Assembly (NCBI GenBank): GCA_026986575.1
Contig: JALSOH010000009.1
Span: 96,001-160,000, forward strand
Direction of reading: 5' to 3'
DNA length: 64,000 bases
Source: Thermoproteota archaeon
GTDB taxonomy: Archaea > Korarchaeota > Korarchaeia > Korarchaeales > Korarchaeaceae
Below are positions 57,150-64,000 of the stretch, in pieces. Numbering within the stretch: the stretch's first letter is position 1; each line of letters starts with the position of its first letter. The notes under the pieces were generated by a model that saw only the letters and a list, made by a program, of their open reading frames with translations, ran no database searches and was not told the origin of the DNA. Position numbers and translations under genes: made by a program.

Positions 57150-58239
57150 GGGTATAGACCTATACCTCGTGGAAATGGAACTCGTCTCCCCCTTCGAGAT
57201 AAGTTCTGGAGTGACGAAGAGGAGGCAGGCGGTTATTGTCAGGGTGGAGAAAGACGGGCATGTCGGCTGGGGAGAGGCTCCAGCTGACTCCAAGCCCATT
57301 TACTCCTATGAGACCGCTGAAACCGCCTTCTATGTGATTAAGGAGTTCCTAGCGGAGCACGCCCTGCAAGCCGCAGGTCCCGAAGACTTCCTCAGGAGGG
57401 TGAGCTTCGTCAGGGGTCATCAAATAGCTAAGGCCGGAGTTGAGATGGCCCTCTGGGATCTTGAGGCGAAGAAGAAAGGTCTTCCCCTATGGAAGATGCT
57501 TGGGGGCGTGAGGGAGGAGATAGAGAGCGGCGTGAGCGTTGGGATACAGCACACGATCAGGGATCTGCTCAAGGTAGTGGGCTCCTACTTGGAGAGGGGT
57601 TACAGGAGGGTCAAACTGAAGATCAAGCCGGGCTGGGATGTGAATGTCATTAAAGCGGTGAGAGAGGCTTATCCTGACCTCTTATTGCAGGTGGACGCCA
57701 ACGCAGCCTACAGACTCAACGACTGGTACCATCTGAAGAAGCTGGACGCCTACGACCTCCTGATGCTGGAGCAACCCCTCGATTACGACGACCTAGTTGA
57801 TCACGCCGAACTGGCGAAAATGCTCAGGACACCCATCTGCCTCGACGAATCCATAAAGAAGCCGGAGGACGCCTACAGGGCCTTCAGGCTGAGGAGCTGC
57901 TCCATCATAAACATAAAACCAGCTAGGGTCGGGGGCTTGGTGAACGCCAAGAAGATACACGACTTCTGTGACTCAGTCGGTATGCCAGTCTGGATTGGGG
58001 GTATGCTCGAGACGGGAATAGGCAGGGGACACCAGGTGGCCGCGGCCACGCTACCCAATGTCAGGTTCCCTAACGATATATCGGCCAGCGACCGTTATTA
58101 CGAGGAGGATATAGTGGAACCTCCTTGGAAGCTGACCGCTAGGGGGACGCTGAGGGCTCCGGACAGGCCGGGTATAGGGGTAGAGGTGTTGGAGGAGAGG
58201 CTGGAGAGGCTCACATTAAAGTCGGTACATATCGCTTGA
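57142..58239 (+). CDS. menC: o-Succinylbenzoate synthase / N-acylamino acid racemase (enolase superfamily)
   Basis: GWGEA, SGVSVG, KLKIKPG, VDANAAY, EQPL, CLDESI, NIKPARVGG, GGMLETGIGR, DISAS. Confidence 0.85.
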   Translation: MAEGIDLYLVEMELVSPFEISSGVTKRRQAVIVRVEKDGHVGWGEAPADSKPIYSYETAETAFYVIKEFLAEHALQAAGPEDFLRRVSFVRGHQIAKAGVEMALWDLEAKKKGLPLWKMLGGVREEIESGVSVGIQHTIRDLLKVVGSYLERGYRRVKLKIKPGWDVNVIKAVREAYPDLLLQVDANAAYRLNDWYHLKKLDAYDLLMLEQPLDYDDLVDHAELAKMLRTPICLDESIKKPEDAYRAFRLRSCSIINIKPARVGGLVNAKKIHDFCDSVGMPVWIGGMLETGIGRGHQVAAATLPNVRFPNDISASDRYYEEDIVEPPWKLTARGTLRAPDRPGIGVEVLEERLERLTLKSVHIA

Positions 58240-58407
58240 GCATGACTAACTGTTGAGGTCAAGGATACCCTTCACATTATTTTATCGATAAGAGAGACAG
58301 AAGATCCTTTGAGGTTTTTGAAACATCGATGGCGCTCGTAGCTGGGGAAAACAGGGTCTCATCCGTTCGGTGGGAAACCTTTTTTCTGTCCGCCCCTTGG
58401 AGTCTAG

Positions 58408-58743
58408 ATGGCCCTGCTCCACCTCGATAAAATCTTGGAAATTATAAGTAAGTTCTTGGAAGAGGATGAGGGCTCGGTAGCCGCATACCTATTCGGCAGC
58501 TTCGCTAGGGGAGACTTCGCGGAGGAGAGCGATGTCGATGTACTCGTGATAAGTGAAAGGACAAAGGAGACTAGGAGGAAACTGTACGACCTCTCTTGGA
58601 ATATTCAGCTGGCTTACGGGGTACCCGTGTCCTTCGTGGTTATATCGGAGGAGAGGTGGAGAAGGGGTCTGACTCCGCTTAAGAGAGTAGTTCTGGAGGA
58701 AGGTGTGCTCATATGGGAGAGGGGAAAGAGAGGGAGGAAATAG
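58408..58743 (+). CDS. Minimal nucleotidyltransferase antitoxin
   Basis: YLFGSFARGDFAEESDVDVLV...EEGVLI. Confidence 0.9.
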   Translation: MALLHLDKILEIISKFLEEDEGSVAAYLFGSFARGDFAEESDVDVLVISERTKETRRKLYDLSWNIQLAYGVPVSFVVISEERWRRGLTPLKRVVLEEGVLIWERGKRGRK

Positions 58744-59132
58744 CCAAGGCCTATCTCGAGAAAGCTAGGGAGCACCTGAAGGCCGCGCGCATTTCATTGG
58801 AGCATGGCCTGTTCAGAGATGCCATAAGCGGGGCTTACTACTCGGTGTACTCTGCAGCCTACTCAGTGCTCTATCTCTTGGGCAAGACCCCTAAGACTCA
58901 CGCAGGCTTAAGGACATCCTTTGGCCTCTTGGTGAGGGAGGGTATTGTTGAGGTGGATTATGGTAAGATAATTTCAAAACTGTACGAGATGAGGGAGACG
59001 AGTGATTACGATCCGATCTCATTTTACGGAGAGGAGGAAGCGGAACAGGCGGTATCGGATGCCGAGAGATTCCTGTTGAGGATGGAGGAGCTCTTTGAAG
59101 AGATTAGGGGGAAGTTGGATCGAGGAGCGTGA
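58713..59132 (+). CDS. HEPN-domain protein
   Basis: AISGAYYS...KTHAG...MRETSDY. Confidence 0.9.
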   Translation: MGEGKEREEIAKAYLEKAREHLKAARISLEHGLFRDAISGAYYSVYSAAYSVLYLLGKTPKTHAGLRTSFGLLVREGIVEVDYGKIISKLYEMRETSDYDPISFYGEEEAEQAVSDAERFLLRMEELFEEIRGKLDRGA

Positions 59133-59157
59133 TCACCCGAGCATATGGAGACACGCC

Positions 59158-62100
59158 TCAGGGACCCTCCTCCCAGCCAGCGAGTCTCCTCCTGAGTAAG
59201 GCTCTCCCGATGAGCAGGATTGCAGCCACAGGTAGCGCCAGGAGTAGATCGCCTAACTCATTATATACGGAACGAGGGAGGCTGACTGACAGCGAAGGAG
59301 TGAAAACATAGGCTACATCTCCCATCAACACCTTTACCTGGATCGATTTCAGCTCGGGGCTCGATATATCTGTCGAGAACCGACCCAACCTGTGATAATC
59401 CCTGATTTGGACCGAGCCGTTGGCCCTTAATAGGAAGGGGGTCCTGAACATTACCAGGGATCCATCTGGGAGGGGAGTTCCGTTCAGCTCCGCCCCTTTG
59501 ACCTCCACAATCACGTAGAATCCAAGCCCTCCCCTCATCCTGGCCGCTCGGGCGTTGAGGGTCGAGCGCTCCCTAGCCAGATACCTCCTCTCCCCCTCCA
59601 CATCGCCCTTCCTCTCTACCCAGACTGCCCTACCCTCTATGAGCACGGATCCGCTGGCCTTAATGCCTCTTGCAGTTCCGACGTCGGTCGGTAATCCGCA
59701 TCTTCCCGGCCGCCACGAGTTGACTACCCTCTGGACCTCGGACCTCGTCTCGATTAAGAGCTCGGAATCCACTTGGCCCTTCCGGTAATAGGAGTCCAGC
59801 AGAGCGCTGAGATCCACATCACCTCCCGGCACGACGCTCAGGACCACATCCCCCCTCCTAGGCCCCTCAACCCGATGCGTTCCCCTCACCCACCCAGTGA
59901 GGTTCCCGAAGAACCCCACGGTGTGCAATCCCACCACCCCACCCTTTCCATCCACAGGGAACTCACGGCCGTTCACAACCAGCGATGCACCCTCGGGACC
60001 CACCCTGAGCACGATCCTGTAGCACCGGGACCGGGGTACCGGTCCATCGTCCTCGGTCCCGAAAACGGTTCCCCTGATCAGATCGATCCCGGCCTCCCTG
60101 TACCTCCTGGGTCCCTCATACTCGAAGATCACGGCTACACTACCATTATTCTTCTCAGGGCAGGCCTCTAGCGTGAATTCTCCCTCCTCCAACTCGAATC
60201 TGGTCACAGCCACTCCCTCGTCTCCCACCACCCTCAGCCCCCTGAGGAAGGGTCCCCTCACGTATATCCACCTCACATCCTTAGGATCGACCGGAAGGGT
60301 CTCGTTTACCTCAATAAGGGATGTGGGAGAGCCTAGGTAGATCCCTCTGGGAGCGAAGGGATCGTCCCTGAGGTAGGTGGTGTGAGGGGGCAGGGCTTCC
60401 CCTATCAGGCGGTAAGCGTCGAGTGCCCTCTCCCTCAGGTAGGTGTCGGAGGGCAATATGACAGCTATGGAGGAATTGGGGTCGATGCACGAGGTCCTAA
60501 TGTGAGAGATGGATGGGACTTCCTTCCAATATCCCCCCATATAGGATCTGGATGCGTTCATTCCCCAGAGGAGGGCCTCGTCGTAGATGGTAGCTAGGAC
60601 ATCTACTTCCTCGAAGGGGTCCAGTGAGGCCATGACTAACTCCGGGCCCCGCGCCACCCAAGGTGGTATGGACCTTATCCATCTGACCGGCGGCCCGTAC
60701 GCGGCAACCCACACCGAGTTATAGGAGAAAAGGAGAAGGGGCTCGCTCACATTCGAGTCGGACATGAATCGAACATCTAGGGGATTCAGGACGTTTCCTG
60801 CAGTATCAGCGATCTGCGCCCACCTGGCAGCTGACAGGGAGGTGGACAGGATGCTCGTGAGGAGAATTACCGCGAGCACCCTCCTTCTTACTTTCATCCT
60901 GGCGATCTGGTATCCTGCAGCTGCAGATACTCCCAGGAAGGCGTAGAGGACGAATCTGTACTCCCAGTACGGAATGCTCCCTACCCAGAGCTTGTATATA
61001 GTGATCAGCTTACCCATGACGATGCTGGATAGGGCTAAGACCAGGAAAGCCCGTCTCTCCCTCAGATCGGAGAGCAGGACTAGGAAACCAGGCACTCCCA
61101 GCAGGACCGGATAGAGGATCCATGGGAACTGCCCCAGCCCTTGGATCCGATGGATGTTCAGGCTATCCATCCTGTAGATCCAGATCAAGATCCCCGAAAG
61201 ATAGAGAGAGGCTAGAATAGGCCTGATTGAGGGCCACACTCCAGAGAATTGGATTCTGAAACCCGTCCCGAGAGCCAGCAAGGCCAGAAGGCCGAATGCG
61301 AGCATGGCTAGGGAAGGGAGGATTAAACCCATGCTAGTTCCCCACACGAAGTGAAGAATTATGACCGTTAACGGAACCAGTACTACAGATACGGGAACCC
61401 TTTTTCCTCCAATAGCCCTGAAGAGAACGTAGATTGAGAAGAGAACCGCCTCTACGACATGAAGCAGGAAAAGGAAGAGTAATGTAACGTAGATTGGGAA
61501 TTCAGGGTGTTCCAGGCCCTCATGCAGGTAGATCAGGAGGGACAAGATGCCAATTGACAGGGTCAGGGGAAATCCCCATAGGAACTGAGGGAAGCCCCAT
61601 GTGAGGGAGCGATAGGTGACCCCCTCTACCTCCTCTAATGCGGTCATATCAGCCCCATATTTGATCCAAGCTATCCAGGAGAGTCCCGAGAAAGCGGTCC
61701 AAGTAACGAAGGAGATCTCTCTCCCTTTCAACTTGGAGAAGGATTTGTGTACTAGGAGCAGGGCGATCAGGTTGAGGGACCAAGAGGTCCTTACCAGCTC
61801 GAGGGGCGATGATCCTCCCATCTCATAAGTAAAAGCGAGGATTGAGTGATATCCCACGTAATACCAATCACTATAGGCGTGAAAATTGTCAGCTAGCATA
61901 CGAGCCCAGTACTGGTGGAGTATCGGATCGTAGGTGATGAAGTAGGGCAGGAAGCGAAATACTAGGGTTAACTCCGAGAGGAGAAGTAGGGATGACGGTA
62001 TTAGCAACAACGAATAGCTGCTCACCTCCAAGGACTCGCCCTTTACATCACCTCTCATCCTCAAGAAGATGAATCCAACCGCTGAGGAGATGAGGGACAG

Positions 62101-62472
62101 GGCTTCAAGGGATGGTACTGGTTCAGGGAAGCCCGATCCGTACATTATGGTCAGAAGGAGGGAGGACAGGATGAAGCTCAAAGACAGAGAGACGGTCGGA
62201 CTCCGAGGTCGAATAGTGAATGTCAGTCCATAAAGAGACGTCAGGAGGAAGAGGATACCCAGCAACGACCTGAGATCTGGAATCTCCACCGCCCAAGGGA
62301 GGGCCAATAAGATCGCGGGTGAAACGAGGAGAAGGAGCCCGTGCACCACCCTCGATGGGACCTTGCATTCACACTCCCTCCGGCTGAGAGCTAAGATCAA
62401 TGTAAGGGCGAGAGCCGCGAGGAAGGTCAGGAAGCCAAAGATCTTAGTGGGTGGGACCGAGGCACCCCTCAA
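59158..62472 (-). CDS. Large polytopic membrane protein, GT-C-like N-terminus plus extracellular beta-rich C-terminal region
   Basis: More than 15 TM helices; loop TYDPILH and later EYRFVLY resemble GT-C motifs; lectin-like beta segment and final TM anchor. Confidence 0.65.
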   Translation of the reverse strand: MRGASVPPTKIFGFLTFLAALALTLILALSRRECECKVPSRVVHGLLLLVSPAILLALPWAVEIPDLRSLLGILFLLTSLYGLTFTIRPRSPTVSLSLSFILSSLLLTIMYGSGFPEPVPSLEALSLISSAVGFIFLRMRGDVKGESLEVSSYSLLLIPSSLLLLSELTLVFRFLPYFITYDPILHQYWARMLADNFHAYSDWYYVGYHSILAFTYEMGGSSPLELVRTSWSLNLIALLLVHKSFSKLKGREISFVTWTAFSGLSWIAWIKYGADMTALEEVEGVTYRSLTWGFPQFLWGFPLTLSIGILSLLIYLHEGLEHPEFPIYVTLLFLFLLHVVEAVLFSIYVLFRAIGGKRVPVSVVLVPLTVIILHFVWGTSMGLILPSLAMLAFGLLALLALGTGFRIQFSGVWPSIRPILASLYLSGILIWIYRMDSLNIHRIQGLGQFPWILYPVLLGVPGFLVLLSDLRERRAFLVLALSSIVMGKLITIYKLWVGSIPYWEYRFVLYAFLGVSAAAGYQIARMKVRRRVLAVILLTSILSTSLSAARWAQIADTAGNVLNPLDVRFMSDSNVSEPLLLFSYNSVWVAAYGPPVRWIRSIPPWVARGPELVMASLDPFEEVDVLATIYDEALLWGMNASRSYMGGYWKEVPSISHIRTSCIDPNSSIAVILPSDTYLRERALDAYRLIGEALPPHTTYLRDDPFAPRGIYLGSPTSLIEVNETLPVDPKDVRWIYVRGPFLRGLRVVGDEGVAVTRFELEEGEFTLEACPEKNNGSVAVIFEYEGPRRYREAGIDLIRGTVFGTEDDGPVPRSRCYRIVLRVGPEGASLVVNGREFPVDGKGGVVGLHTVGFFGNLTGWVRGTHRVEGPRRGDVVLSVVPGGDVDLSALLDSYYRKGQVDSELLIETRSEVQRVVNSWRPGRCGLPTDVGTARGIKASGSVLIEGRAVWVERKGDVEGERRYLARERSTLNARAARMRGGLGFYVIVEVKGAELNGTPLPDGSLVMFRTPFLLRANGSVQIRDYHRLGRFSTDISSPELKSIQVKVLMGDVAYVFTPSLSVSLPRSVYNELGDLLLALPVAAILLIGRALLRRRLAGWEEGP

Positions 62473-62508
62473 TGCGCTTACACCTTGCCTAGCCCACTCA
62501 ACTTAAGT

Positions 62509-64000
62509 TTAGCTCCTGAAAACACGCCTCCTTCTTCTAGCTAGGACTAGGACCAGCAGCGCGACCACTAAAACGGCTGCAGCTCCGGCAACTGGGATCA
62601 ATGGGATCTCAAACCCTCCCTCCCTTTCCTGAATGGTCAGCTGGAACGTAGTTGTACCTGCGGTTCCGCCTGACTTTGCCGTGATTACCCCGGTGAATGA
62701 GCCAACCGTATTCCCGGCTTTGATTAGCAGGGAGCTGGCGCCCGTTCCCTCGATGAGGGGTGGATTGAAGGAGTACTCGGCGTCTGGCGGCAGGCCGCTC
62801 ACCTGAAGGGTGACGGTTCCCTCCGCACCGGTGACCATCACGGCGATCGATCCGGACTCACCGATCCTCAGGGAGAGGCTGGACGGACTTACTGAGAGTG
62901 AGAGCTGGGTTGTGCGGGTTGTCTCAGCTGTAGAGGTCCCGGTCATCGTCTCGGTGGTCGATGCAGATGTATATGTAGATGTTCCTCCCCGCTCCCCCTT
63001 CCCGATCACCAGCCTTATGGTGCCCGACCTGGTCAGGTCCCCTCCAGATGCGGTCACGCCGAGAGTGTAGTTTCCCGGCGGAGTCGAATCACCCACACTT
63101 ATGGTCACAACCGACTGGTAGGAGGGGGGCATTCCATTGGCCGAGAAGGAGGCGGAGCAGCCATTGCACAGGTTGGACAGGGTCAAGGTCACTGGCTGGG
63201 TGAAGCCACCGTATCCATTCACTGAGACAGTGAATGTTCCGCTTCCTCCTTGGACCACCGCGATCTCGCTTTTATCTAGGGATATGATGAAGCCCGGTTC
63301 CTCACCGACTTCCAAAGTTCCAGTGACGTTATGAACCTTATCTGCGCCTTCAGCGATCACCGTGAATTGGAGGGTGGAGAGAGGAACGTTGGGGGAGGTG
63401 GTTATTCTAAGGATCGAGGTGTAGGGCGGATTAAGCGAGTTCTGGGAGAAGGAGTACTGGAAGCCCGATCCCAGACCTGTGACCTTCAGATTCACAGGCG
63501 CATCGAAGTTCCCGATCTTCCCGACATCCACCGTGAATGTGACACTCCCACCCCTCTGAACCCTTGCGGATATGGGGGATAGGGAGACGGAGAAGTCCCT
63601 CGGGGATTCCTCGACCTGGACCATGAGGTTGACTGTCTTGCTCCTACTTCCCCATGGGCCGGATATGGCCGCGCCTAGCGTGATCGTGTAGTTGCTTGGG
63701 TCCAGGTCCTCCGGGACCTGGATGTTCACTGTAGCCTGTGCCGTACCACCCGATTCCAGATGCACGGTGAGGGCGGACAGGGATACTCCCGGACTGGGGC
63801 TGGCAGCGGTCATTGATAGCTGTACATCGCCCTCAAATCCCTGCAGGGACTCCACCAGTAAGGTAGCTTGAGCAGCCTCCCCCTGCCGCACGACCATCGT
63901 ATCGGGGTCAACTGACAGCGCTACGTCGGGCACCAATCCGTAGACCCTGATCATGAAGTCGAGAGTATCGGAGACCGGAGAGCCTGCCTTTATCCTCCGG
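62509..64000 (-). CDS. Surface protein with tandem Ig-like repeats, Thr-rich linker and C-terminal anchor (5' end outside the window)
   Basis: Repeats such as FSVSLSP...VQRGGSVTFTV...GNFDAPVNL and FIISLDK...VVQGGSGTFTV...GGFTQPVTL; TSASTTETMTGTST linker; TM plus RRRRR. Frame stays open past 63954 to the edge. Confidence 0.85.
   Translation of the reverse strand, partial: RRIKAGSPVSDTLDFMIRVYGLVPDVALSVDPDTMVVRQGEAAQATLLVESLQGFEGDVQLSMTAASPSPGVSLSALTVHLESGGTAQATVNIQVPEDLDPSNYTITLGAAISGPWGSRSKTVNLMVQVEESPRDFSVSLSPISARVQRGGSVTFTVDVGKIGNFDAPVNLKVTGLGSGFQYSFSQNSLNPPYTSILRITTSPNVPLSTLQFTVIAEGADKVHNVTGTLEVGEEPGFIISLDKSEIAVVQGGSGTFTVSVNGYGGFTQPVTLTLSNLCNGCSASFSANGMPPSYQSVVTISVGDSTPPGNYTLGVTASGGDLTRSGTIRLVIGKGERGGTSTYTSASTTETMTGTSTAETTRTTQLSLSVSPSSLSLRIGESGSIAVMVTGAEGTVTLQVSGLPPDAEYSFNPPLIEGTGASSLLIKAGNTVGSFTGVITAKSGGTAGTTTFQLTIQEREGGFEIPLIPVAGAAAVLVVALLVLVLARRRRRVFRS

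Noticed and set aside
1-64000. tRNA, rRNA, transposase or viral hallmark genes
   Set aside because: None recognised by eye; tRNAscan-SE, Infernal and ISEScan would be needed to exclude them formally.

Overview
A gene-dense window from a thermophilic-type archaeon: AGG/ATA-rich codons, TATA-like promoters, GGAGG/GGTGA ribosome-binding sites and archaeal gene families. A TACK lineage such as Korarchaeia is a plausible but unproven source. Recognisable metabolic content: divergent ATP-type PEP carboxykinase, a Liv-type ABC importer with a Tat-exported binding protein, an ABC-2 exporter, a full nickel-pincer cofactor set (larA, larE, larB, larC, nikR) split around a fixCX-etfB-etfA operon, class II HMG-CoA reductase next to an OSBS/N-acylamino-acid racemase, and several transporters. 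Surface-protein clusters lie at both ends. Toxin-antitoxin modules are very dense: 5 VapBC, 5 MNT-HEPN (2 decayed) and an AbiE remnant, plus two coiled-coil PD-(D/E)xK paralogues. I found no tRNA, rRNA, CRISPR array or transposase. The best candidates for undescribed systems are (1) an ACT-V4R / ACT-V4R / receiver-less TackOD1 / processive GT2 synthase cluster that looks like a sensor-controlled polysaccharide synthase, (2) a multi-wHTH protein coupled to an AAA+ ATPase-PD-(D/E)xK nuclease-wHTH protein, and (3) an orphan, catalytically degenerate Csx1-like CARF-HEPN protein. All family calls come from motif recognition by eye; no searches were run.
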